Positions 1-7,911 of a stretch of 32,125 bases of DNA are shown one piece after another. The DNA is from a virus (taxonomy: Duplodnaviria > Heunggongvirae > Uroviricota > Caudoviricetes): IMG/VR virus record IMGVR_UViG_2703718850_000013; one strand, given 5' to 3'. The position numbers were made by a program, and so were the translations under genes. How positions within the stretch are numbered: the stretch's first letter is position 1; each line of letters begins with the position of its first letter. The notes beneath the pieces were generated by a model. The model was not told the DNA's origin. It searched no databases and saw only the letters and a list, made by a program, of their open reading frames with translations.

Positions 1-489
1 ATGGCAAATAAAGCACGAGATTACGACAATACACCATTCCTACGCATTGCGGGGAATTTTGGAGACTATGACAACGATCTTACACCAGAAGCAAAACAGA
101 TAATTGATGAAGCAATAGCATCAGTCCCAATGGGTAACGGTAAGCCATATAGTGGATTTAAGATCTATTACATCGTTTTCAATTTGATCACATTCAGTAC
201 TGAGAAAGTTTTAGCCAGGTTACATCTTTACCAGGACTATCATATAAAAGAAGTTCAGGAACGTGTAAGTGAATCTACCGCAGTAAAGGTAAGGCGTGTA
301 GCAACCGCAGTATCAAAAGCTCTTATAGCAGCACATAAACGCAAAGTGAAGCTATTCAAAGTGCAAAAGGACGGAATGCACTACATAGACAACAAACAGT
401 TCTATGAGACGTTAGCAAACGCACATGATAGCGGAGCATCAGCAGAGGAACTAATTATTATTCTACAGGGTTTCATTGATGGTAAATGA
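1..489 (+). CDS. hypothetical protein (162 aa), function unknown
   Basis: Uninterrupted ORF starting with ATG at window position 1; no recognisable motif. May be N-terminally truncated by the window edge. Confidence 0.45.
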   Translation: MANKARDYDNTPFLRIAGNFGDYDNDLTPEAKQIIDEAIASVPMGNGKPYSGFKIYYIVFNLITFSTEKVLARLHLYQDYHIKEVQERVSESTAVKVRRVATAVSKALIAAHKRKVKLFKVQKDGMHYIDNKQFYETLANAHDSGASAEELIIILQGFIDGK

Positions 490-502
490 AGCATTTTTTA
501 AC

Positions 503-631
503 TCCATTAATGGAATGAGTTAATCCACTAATAGAGATTTTATTCCATTAATGGAGTGTTATATTCCAACATATATGGCTTGAAACCCGCATTCTACCGT
601 TGAAATTGTGAATTTTACTTCATTAATGGAA
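503..631. promoter_or_regulatory. cluster of three 12-bp palindromic sites (TCCATTAATGGA at 503-514 and 544-555; variant TCATTAATGGA at 620-630), operator-like
   Basis: Exact repeated dyad-symmetric sequence read directly from the intergenic region after the first ORF; a TCCACTAAT half-site also occurs at about 524-532. Confidence 0.4.
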
Positions 632-1117
632 CACTATAATATAATAACACATATAAAATGGACTGAAGTCCGAAGATCAAAACCTCGCAAGCTCGCCTTT
701 GATCTTAGAATTTATAACCAGACTTTCGCCCTTTCAGGTCGAGCAAGTCCTTTACTTGCTTTCGCTCAAACAAACCCCATGTACTCACCAAAGTGATTAA
801 TAAAGTATTTGGGGTCGACCTACGGTCTAAAGTATTCGTGAGTACTACGCGGTCGTAAACTCCCTTGTTTGGGTCGTTCGCTGTTGAAGCTCACTAAAGT
901 GAACCACTACCCATACTAGCTAGGAACTTAATTAATTAAAGTGTGAAGCCGCACCGCCGGATGAATACGCAACACACAAGCCACCGAGAGGCATACTATG
1001 AGGAAATGAAAGTGAGTAGGGAGTCTGTGTATACCCATTAGACTATGAAAATAAACTGGCCTTTATTATAGAATCACACCTTTTTAATAAATACCAGTAC
1101 TACAGAGGATAATAAAA

Positions 1118-1429
1118 ATGAAATTACTAAAAACTGAAGAGTATGATCTGTTTCACCGATACACGTATGAGGATCACAGTACTATGACAGTATTCACGGA
1201 TCAGATTGTCTACTTTAATCACCCAACACGTGTAGTACTGCAACGAGAAGGACTACAATTCTATCATCAGAAGATTGATGGTACTCAAATAAATGAAACA
1301 CCTGATCTATCTAGGATGAGTGAATCAGAACTATTCCAAGCAAGCTTAGCACTGCAAACAGAGATCGACATTAATCGATTAATTATTATTCAAACACAAA
1401 TGAATAAAATAAGTGAGGACTACGAATGA
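1118..1429 (+). CDS. hypothetical small protein (103 aa)
   Basis: ORF with GAGGA Shine-Dalgarno about 9 nt upstream of ATG; ATGA overlap with the next ORF suggests translational coupling. Confidence 0.5.
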   Translation: MKLLKTEEYDLFHRYTYEDHSTMTVFTDQIVYFNHPTRVVLQREGLQFYHQKIDGTQINETPDLSRMSESELFQASLALQTEIDINRLIIIQTQMNKISEDYE

Positions 1430-1626
1430 AAGGCGTCAATTTTATACACCATAACTATGGAGAGTACATCTATGAGTTTGATTTTAAAAAAGGAATTGTA
1501 GAAGTACTAGAGCTAGGTTATCAAGTAATTGAAAAGCATAACATACAATTATTGCAAGAACTACCTAGTACTAATCTACACAGAGATTTACTAATAGAAA
1601 TTTATTCAAAACACCAGATGCAATGA
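1426..1626 (+). CDS. hypothetical small protein (66 aa)
   Basis: ORF overlapping the upstream stop by 4 nt (ATGA). Confidence 0.4.
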   Translation: MKGVNFIHHNYGEYIYEFDFKKGIVEVLELGYQVIEKHNIQLLQELPSTNLHRDLLIEIYSKHQMQ

Positions 1627-1776
1627 TAAATCCGGTGTTTTAGAACTGATGCTTATTTGGGAAATGTAAACGTTTCTTTAATATGCATCCTTAATGATTT
1701 TGAATCAAGTATGACTTTTTCTATTAAGTCATCAGTAATTCTACAAACTTAATAGGTTTGCAAGATAGGGTATTAA

Positions 1777-2520
1777 TCATTTTTTCTTTAGAGTTATGAA
1801 GTTATCAATTGGATAGTTATCATCATATATATCTTTTATGAAAGATGAAATCTTATTGTGAAGTGAAATTGCTTTTGACTGTATAACGAAAAGCTCACTA
1901 CTAGTTTGATCCCTCACACATTCATCGGCCTGTATAAGTGCAGGAACCTCAGAACTTGCAATATAGAAATCGATACTCAGTCCGTTATATTCATCAATAT
2001 TTAATTTAAGTTCAGCAATAATGTTTTTTGTGTATTCGCTTAAAGCATAATTAGTTCTATCAATAGATTTTAAGGAATTAATAACGGAGTAAGAAGTGAA
2101 GAATAAATCGGAAACAAGAGCATCTGTTTCCTTCATAAACTCATCATGTGAATCTTGGGGTATGGTCTCGTTTTTTAAATGATTGCGATATTTTTTGGAG
2201 AATGTCACTAATTGATGTTTTAAAATTAAGGTTGAAGTACGTACTTTATTAAGATCTTGATAAATTGCTTTCTCAATAACACCATATACTACATCATAAT
2301 GTTTTTGCGACAACCATTCAGGTGCTTTTAGGTATGCTTGGTAGGCTACCCATAGTGTACCTAATGTACCTACAGCACTACATAATGTTCCAATTAAAGT
2401 TACCCACTCCCATCCTTTCGAACCAGAAAATAATATTTTTACACCAACTAATATAGCAATTAGCAGCAGTAATAGTACGGTACTTAGTAGTATTAAATTA
2501 TATTTTTTAATATTAAGCAT
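1777..2520 (-). CDS. 2TM membrane protein, paralog of 3498..4199 (start re-chosen at internal ATG)
   Basis: N-terminus MLNIKKYN...VKILFSGSKGWEW parallels MNIKTIN...VKVLFAGSRGFEW of the 3498..4199 product; two hydrophobic helices then an about 180-aa helical soluble region. The track start at 2568 adds 16 residues absent from the paralog. Confidence 0.6.
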   Translation of the reverse strand: MLNIKKYNLILLSTVLLLLLIAILVGVKILFSGSKGWEWVTLIGTLCSAVGTLGTLWVAYQAYLKAPEWLSQKHYDVVYGVIEKAIYQDLNKVRTSTLILKHQLVTFSKKYRNHLKNETIPQDSHDEFMKETDALVSDLFFTSYSVINSLKSIDRTNYALSEYTKNIIAELKLNIDEYNGLSIDFYIASSEVPALIQADECVRDQTSSELFVIQSKAISLHNKISSFIKDIYDDNYPIDNFITLKKK

Positions 2521-2584
2521 GTTAATCTCATTTCTTAAATAAAAGACATAGATGTATATATGTAGCATTGATGGATATATATTC

Positions 2585-2602
2585 CACTAATCATGATTAG
2601 TG
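2585..2602. promoter_or_regulatory. perfect 18-bp palindrome CACTAATCATGATTAGTG between two minus-strand genes
   Basis: Read directly; lies in the 118-nt gap between the 2639..3460 stop and the 2520 start, so it could be an operator or an attenuator hairpin. Confidence 0.3.
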
Positions 2603-2638
2603 CCTCTCTGATTAATAATGTGATACATGTCCATGTAA

Positions 2639-3460
2639 TTAATAACGGAAACTCCATGTTTTTCTACTCAAAGCTAACTTCTTATGGACAAGTAGAAATA
2701 CAAATATCTCATGGAGATATGGAACCAGAGGTTCTCTTATCCCTTTACTGTGCTCAATGTTGTCAATATCATCTTTAAATTTAGAAATTAGATAATAATA
2801 AGGCTGCAACATATCAATGATTTCAAACACAATATAAGGTGAAACGTTTATTACTTTCCAGGAAAGTATATACTCATCAATTTGGCTTAAAATCGCACCA
2901 TCAAGACCTCTATTCCAGGTGTAACCGTATGCTTTGTATTTGTCGGCCCATAAATTTAATTCTCTTTCTAGTTTTTGTTTTCTAGAATCAGTAATGTGTT
3001 TACGGAAGCAAGAATTAATTATTTCGTTCCACTGTGCTAACGGATCTTTGACTTCTTTTTTGCCTTTTACAATTTTATCAAGATTATAATATCTTGAAGC
3101 ATCAGCGAATTCAGAAAGCATTTCTAATATGAGGTTTTGCTGCCAGTTTAATTCCCACTCCAAATTGGGTAAATGGCTAGCACCATAGCTTGAACAGTTT
3201 TTATGAAGCTCCGCAATATTATGGCTGAATTTTTTAAGTGTACGGAAGTCTGGCTTCTCAAGATTATTTTCGATCATATGATTGAGTATGAAGATAATCT
3301 TAAAAAACCTTTCTATGCCAATTGATAATTGAAAGAAGCTGCTATAGAAGCTACCTTTATCATGTGCTCTACATTTCCGCACAGCAGTAAGCCCACCACC
3401 TATTGAGGTACTGGACAAATAAGACTCTACCATGAATTGATTAAATGACTCCCCAAGCAT
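2639..3460 (-). CDS. hypothetical cytoplasmic protein (273 aa), possible Abi/HEPN-like (weak)
   Basis: ORF with AAGGA Shine-Dalgarno 6 nt upstream of ATG at 3460; no TM segment; an R-x4-H motif (RKCRAH) near the N-terminus is the only HEPN-like hint. Confidence 0.55.
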   Translation of the reverse strand: MLGESFNQFMVESYLSSTSIGGGLTAVRKCRAHDKGSFYSSFFQLSIGIERFFKIIFILNHMIENNLEKPDFRTLKKFSHNIAELHKNCSSYGASHLPNLEWELNWQQNLILEMLSEFADASRYYNLDKIVKGKKEVKDPLAQWNEIINSCFRKHITDSRKQKLERELNLWADKYKAYGYTWNRGLDGAILSQIDEYILSWKVINVSPYIVFEIIDMLQPYYYLISKFKDDIDNIEHSKGIREPLVPYLHEIFVFLLVHKKLALSRKTWSFRY

Positions 3461-3497
3461 AAGCTTTCCTTTTTATTTACATCAATTAACTATAAAT

Positions 3498-4199
3498 TTA
3501 GCTGAACGAATAATCAGTATCAATATTTGTTTCACATAGCTCGTACTGAAATATGGCAGCTAGCTCTCTTTTAACACTTTCAAGATTTTCTGTAGCTGCA
3601 ATTACGTCCTCATGCTTGGGGCAATTAATATGTTTGCATATGGTCAATAGATATATATATTGATTGTCTAAATATGACTGCCTTAACTCTAATATATTTT
3701 TAAATAAATTTTCAAGCCGTTCGCTTAACTTAATATCAAACCTGGCTAGCATTGACCTTGTCGTATATAGCTTAGCAAGTTCAGATAAATCACTTGTGGC
3801 CTTTTTATTAATTTCAGCAGCAACTTTAGATTTTATTTCATCTGTCAGTTCTTTATTATCCTGAACATATTTCCTGATGGAAGCACGAACTATACCATCA
3901 TTATATAAACGTGAATTTATTTCCCATAACTGCATCTCAAATTTCATAGCCAACTGATGTGAGGTAGAAAGGGATTTTAATTTTTTATTCTGAACGAACC
4001 AATTATTTGCTACAAAAGCAGCACAAAGAGCTGTAGACGCAATCACGATATTGCATAACGCACTTGTTAAATCAGCTGCGTTCCCCCATTCAAACCCCCT
4101 GCTACCAGCGAATAGAACCTTAACGAGTACTAAGACTGCTAAAAACAGAAGTACTGCAACAATGCCGACAAGAGTAGAGTTTATAGTTTTTATATTCAT
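3498..4199 (-). CDS. 2TM membrane protein, paralog of 1777..2520
   Basis: Two N-terminal hydrophobic helices then a helical soluble domain; its ATG overlaps the upstream gene's TGA (ATGA at 4196-4199), implying coupling. Confidence 0.6.
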   Translation of the reverse strand: MNIKTINSTLVGIVAVLLFLAVLVLVKVLFAGSRGFEWGNAADLTSALCNIVIASTALCAAFVANNWFVQNKKLKSLSTSHQLAMKFEMQLWEINSRLYNDGIVRASIRKYVQDNKELTDEIKSKVAAEINKKATSDLSELAKLYTTRSMLARFDIKLSERLENLFKNILELRQSYLDNQYIYLLTICKHINCPKHEDVIAATENLESVKRELAAIFQYELCETNIDTDYSFS

Positions 4200-4747
4200 A
4201 ATTTATCAGCTATGTTAACTTCACTATAGAGCAAGCCTTTCAATTTCATCAAAGCTTCCCAAATTTCAGTTGGCTTACCGCTACAATTTCTAAGTAATAT
4301 TTCATCGTTTTCTTGTTTACTCAATGATGAATCATAAAACCGTGCTCCCAATTCTTCAAAATCATTTATAGCATTAGTAACCGTCCAAATCGCATCGTGA
4401 ATTTGTGGTGTCATGTATAATGTATAATCGAGAAGGAAGTCACTTGCTTTACTTTTAATTAAATCCTGTTTATAAAGCATAATTTGATCTAAAAGATCAC
4501 CATCATCATAAAAATTAAAATTTTCTGGAAGATTCAAAGAATTAATAAACTGAATGAAAGGTTTAATAGTTTGCTTTTTTTCTTTTAATTCATCTTCGAG
4601 TATTTTGAATAAAAGTTGTTTTTTTAGTTTTTCGTTCTCATATTTTTTAGTGATTAATTGGCTTGCCAATGTTACACCCGCAGCTATTAATGCACCGCCT
4701 AAAGTACCACCGACTGCAATGAGTTGTGTAATGGTTTCAGCTTCCAT
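4196..4747 (-). CDS. single-pass membrane protein (first gene of the putative four-gene operon; start re-chosen)
   Basis: One N-terminal TM helix (ITQLIAVGGTLGGALIAAGVTLA) then an about 150-aa soluble domain. The track start at 4771 is TTG; the ATG at 4745-4747 (MEAETITQ) is used here. No strong SD, so the start is uncertain. Confidence 0.5.
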   Translation of the reverse strand: MEAETITQLIAVGGTLGGALIAAGVTLASQLITKKYENEKLKKQLLFKILEDELKEKKQTIKPFIQFINSLNLPENFNFYDDGDLLDQIMLYKQDLIKSKASDFLLDYTLYMTPQIHDAIWTVTNAINDFEELGARFYDSSLSKQENDEILLRNCSGKPTEIWEALMKLKGLLYSEVNIADKL

Positions 4748-4818
4748 TTTTTTAGAAATCCAATATATCAAAGTGAAAAATGAACTTTACCATAATAACC
4801 ATTCTGGCGTAAACTATT

Positions 4819-4880
4819 AGCGACACGCCCCACTCATAAAGGGTAGGTTTGTTTAGTTGGTGTGTGTGGGACGTGTCGCT
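4819..4880. repeat. inverted repeat: 9-bp arms AGCGACACG (4819-4827) and CGTGTCGCT (4872-4880) with a 44-nt spacer
   Basis: Read directly; relatively GC-rich arms in an AT-rich intergenic region next to the octamer array. Confidence 0.5.
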
Positions 4881-4896
4881 GAACAGTTGGACTATG

Positions 4897-5024
4897 TTCT
4901 TATGTTCTTATGTTCTTATGTTCTTATGTTCTTATGTTCTTATGTTCTTATGTTCTTATGTTCTTATGTTCTTATGTTCTTATGTTCTTATGTTCTTATG
5001 TTCTTATGTTCTTATGTTCTTATG
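4897..5024. repeat. perfect tandem array, 16 x TTCTTATG (CATAAGAA on the minus strand)
   Basis: 128 nt of uninterrupted 8-nt periodicity read directly; intergenic between the HNH gene stop (5053) and the start of the 4747 operon. Confidence 0.95.
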
Positions 5025-5052
5025 TCTATATTTCTCAACCTTTAGTTGAAAA

Positions 5053-5856
5053 TCATTTAGGATAACTAACACAAGTATGACCAGAAATTACCATCATAAA
5101 TTGATTATTCTTTAAACCTACAAAGGGAAATGAAGCATAATCAATATTAGCCGTTGTCATATTAAAATGAAGAGATTGATCATATTGAGTCATTTCAGTT
5201 GCATGAATAGGAAATGTTCCTTGCTCCTTCAGTGTAACCAAAAAAGATATTGGGAAAAAATGTAAGCAAGAACATATACTATGATGTCCATTATTGTAGA
5301 ATGTAACTGACTGAGCAGTAATTTGTTTTCTGAATGGATAAAACCAATAGTAAATATTATGAGTTGCCCCAATGTCTGGATTCCTGCCTAATACAAAATT
5401 TCTCAATGGAGTATAAAAAGGACTATCAACAATAGGCTTCATACAATCTTTTACTGAAGTTGCAGCCAGAAGGTGTCCAATCATTGCTCTTAGAAATTTA
5501 TCCGCATCAAATTTTAATGAAATATAATTTTTGTAAAAGAACTTACCACTAAAATAATCATTTAACTTTTCGATGAATTCAGTTGTAACACGGCCTATTT
5601 CTGCATCCATTGATCCTAAAATATTCGAGTTACAATTGTGACAAATGGTACGAAAAGTTGTCCCGCTTTTTGCTTTAATTGGTGGTACTCGAGTATTAGA
5701 GAAATACTCAGAAATCGTTTTTTGTAACATAGGTGAAGGTTTAGATGCACATTGCGGGGGAACATGGTCTTTTTTTAATTTGCCAAAATTACCACATATT
5801 ACACAATATCCATTAGCTATTTTTACATGGTCAATTCTTTCAGAGACAAATTTCAT
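5053..5856 (-). CDS. HNH-endonuclease-domain protein with about 200-aa C-terminal extension of unknown function
   Basis: N-terminal CVICG-x7-DHVPP ... TICHNCN matches the HNH zinc-finger/His-Me pattern (CxxCG...DH..P...CxxCN). Confidence 0.6.
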   Translation of the reverse strand: MKFVSERIDHVKIANGYCVICGNFGKLKKDHVPPQCASKPSPMLQKTISEYFSNTRVPPIKAKSGTTFRTICHNCNSNILGSMDAEIGRVTTEFIEKLNDYFSGKFFYKNYISLKFDADKFLRAMIGHLLAATSVKDCMKPIVDSPFYTPLRNFVLGRNPDIGATHNIYYWFYPFRKQITAQSVTFYNNGHHSICSCLHFFPISFLVTLKEQGTFPIHATEMTQYDQSLHFNMTTANIDYASFPFVGLKNNQFMMVISGHTCVSYPK

Positions 5857-6179
5857 TCTGCAATCTCAAAAGTTAACATCACCAAAATATAGAGCATTCA
5901 AACACAATGTTCAATATGATTTTACTCTAACCAGTGTGCTATTTTTTATGCAAACTTATACATGGACGAATACTCAAACTGCGATAATAAACTGAAAATA
6001 TCGATATAAGAATTGATTTTATGAGTAATCATCATTATAGCCTATACCATGTAGCATTAACACTTTACCACCAAATAGAACATACATATACTATTGATTA
6101 TCGACCTAGGGTAAGTTTATCAATTATGGTACGATAGAATCTAAATAATCTATAGTAGCAAGAGGCTTAGGGGGAGATA

Positions 6180-6854
6180 ATGGAGTGGAAGAAAGAGCTT
6201 AGAGCAAAGTTTGAAAGAGACGAACTTAGAAGATTAATTTCTAATGTAAACTGGATTATATTCAAACCTAAAATAAAAAAGCAATTAGAAATACTATCAA
6301 CCCAATTATCAGGAGAGCATATAAGATTTAATATAATTGATATGCAAGATGAACCAGATGGTTATGGTTTTGATTGCCTGACATTTCAGATCGCTGATCG
6401 TATGACTGGAAATATGCGGCAGGAAAAAACTACCGAAAGCATAAAGTTTAATCATCATTGGCAAAAAGGAGCCGCACTTTCAATTACATATAGTGCGACG
6501 GGGGCTGTGCATATAATTCTTTTTCCGTCTACTTCAGATGATTCATTAGCAACACATGATTCCTTGATTGTCCATCATTCATATAACGTTAAACACATAA
6601 CACCAAAAAAAATAGAGAAAGCAGTAAAGAATTTACTTCATTATCACCGTGTTACAGGTGTTTTACACAAGGCCGCATTAAAAGATTTAATTTTAATCCG
6701 CTTACTGAAAATTAAGATGTTTTTTATTCAGTATAACGACAAAGAGAACAAGTTTAGAAGAGTTACAGCATTATATATACCTACATTAAGTCTTATAGTT
6801 TCGTTGGCTGCCGCAGTAGCATCTATTCTGGCATTAGTATCTGTTAAATCATGA
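6180..6854 (+). CDS. tail-anchored membrane protein (224 aa), unknown function
   Basis: Strong SD (GGGGGAG) before the ATG; single C-terminal hydrophobic helix (LSLIVSLAAAVASILALVSV); the only plus-strand gene in the island, convergent with the nucleotidyltransferase gene. Confidence 0.55.
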   Translation: MEWKKELRAKFERDELRRLISNVNWIIFKPKIKKQLEILSTQLSGEHIRFNIIDMQDEPDGYGFDCLTFQIADRMTGNMRQEKTTESIKFNHHWQKGAALSITYSATGAVHIILFPSTSDDSLATHDSLIVHHSYNVKHITPKKIEKAVKNLLHYHRVTGVLHKAALKDLILIRLLKIKMFFIQYNDKENKFRRVTALYIPTLSLIVSLAAAVASILALVSVKS

Positions 6855-6860
6855 TGATTA

Positions 6861-6890
6861 TAAGCCAGCAACTAACTGGCTTATAAATTA
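6861..6890 (+). terminator. putative intrinsic terminator after 6180..6854
   Basis: Stem TAAGCCAG / CTGGCTTA with 7-nt loop, followed by a T/A-rich tail, 7 nt after the stop codon. Confidence 0.45.
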
Positions 6891-7099
6891 GAAATTGGAA
6901 ACTATCTCTTCTCACAAAACTGCTATCTTTAGCGATAAGGGAATGTAATCTCCTGATACTGATGGTAGAGGAGCGGGTCATACAATCTTAGCAATCTCAT
7001 TTAGCTGTACGACGGTGGAATGTTTCAACTGTACTCAATTCTTACAAGTAAAAATATCGAGAATGATTTTTTGGATTCAAGCAAAGACAATGAGCTGTA

Positions 7100-7127
7100 C
7101 CCCCTTATAATTAGTAATATAAGGGGG
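7100..7127. terminator. hairpin CCCCCTTATA-loop-TATAAGGGGG between convergent genes
   Basis: 10-bp perfect stem with 8-nt loop, 5 nt downstream of the 7133..7909 stop; possibly bidirectional. Confidence 0.45.
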
Positions 7128-7132
7128 CAAGA

Positions 7133-7909
7133 TTATTTTATGGGTAAAATTTTCTTTATTTCATTTTCGGCGGCAAAATGATTGTTTAACTGCTCATAAT
7201 ATTTTGACATCATAACTGAATTTTTTAGACGCTGAATCTTATCTTTTTTCCATTGTGCGAGATAATAGGAACCTGAAAGTTGTTCTACAGCAGAGTAAAA
7301 ATATTCTTTAAGGGTAGAGCACCAAAAATAGTTAAAGCTAACAATATCTTTTTCAAGTTGATACGACTCAAAGACATAACCTGCATTGGCATTCCAATAT
7401 TTCATTATGCGAATAAGAGGCTTAATTAAATTGTTATTATTTTTATTGCAATTAGTTAAATCAGTATTGAACGCATTGGGATCGGTATTCATCCAACGGT
7501 TCAAAAAATCCTGGTTGGAAGGGATTTGATAACCAAATAAAATATTATGAGATGCAGGGACAAGCTCGAAAGTAATATGATTAAGGTTCAATTGAATAGT
7601 AGGGTGGCTTTGCTTTATTTCAGATGTACGATAGTAATAATTTACAAAACCCCTTAGCTTGTTTAGGTAGGTCTGAGGCTGATATATTACATTTTTGAAT
7701 ACAACCATATAATCAACATCAGAAGAAGGATCATAGCTACGAGGAAGCATTGTATTACGTGAATATGAGCCAAATACAAAATGACTAACAAGTTCACCAG
7801 CAAAATAACCATTCAGTCTGTTTTTTATGGTTGCAATTGAATTCGTTATTGTAATATCTCTTTGATAAGCATTGCTTTTAATAGACTCAAGATAGGTACT
7901 GACTGTCAT
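7133..7909 (-). CDS. pol-beta-type nucleotidyltransferase, SMODS/CD-NTase-like
   Basis: FGSYSRNT...SDVDY (hG[GS]-x9-13-DxD) plus a later acidic residue (FELVP); AAGGAA SD 6 nt upstream; start lies 2 nt after the upstream gene's stop. Confidence 0.6.
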   Translation of the reverse strand: MTVSTYLESIKSNAYQRDITITNSIATIKNRLNGYFAGELVSHFVFGSYSRNTMLPRSYDPSSDVDYMVVFKNVIYQPQTYLNKLRGFVNYYYRTSEIKQSHPTIQLNLNHITFELVPASHNILFGYQIPSNQDFLNRWMNTDPNAFNTDLTNCNKNNNNLIKPLIRIMKYWNANAGYVFESYQLEKDIVSFNYFWCSTLKEYFYSAVEQLSGSYYLAQWKKDKIQRLKNSVMMSKYYEQLNNHFAAENEIKKILPIK

Positions 7910-7911
7910 GT

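Noticed and set aside
608-796. 62-aa ORF in the regulatory region
   Set aside because: No SD, it overlaps the third palindromic site, and the region is better explained as noncoding.
2593-2778. 61-aa plus-strand ORF
   Set aside because: It overlaps the 18-bp palindrome and the 3' end of the minus-strand gene 2639..3460, which is better supported.
4897-5024. Possible CRISPR array
   Set aside because: The 8-nt units are directly tandem with no spacers, and no cas genes are present; this is a microsatellite-type repeat.
4849-5049. Two overlapping ORFs (4849..5049 and 4857..5045) encoding repetitive LMFLCSYV peptides
   Set aside because: They are read-through artefacts of the stop-free (TTCTTATG)16 array, not genes.
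5645-5995. 116-aa plus-strand ORF
   Set aside because: It is antisense to the HNH gene's N-terminal coding region, which carries a clear motif.
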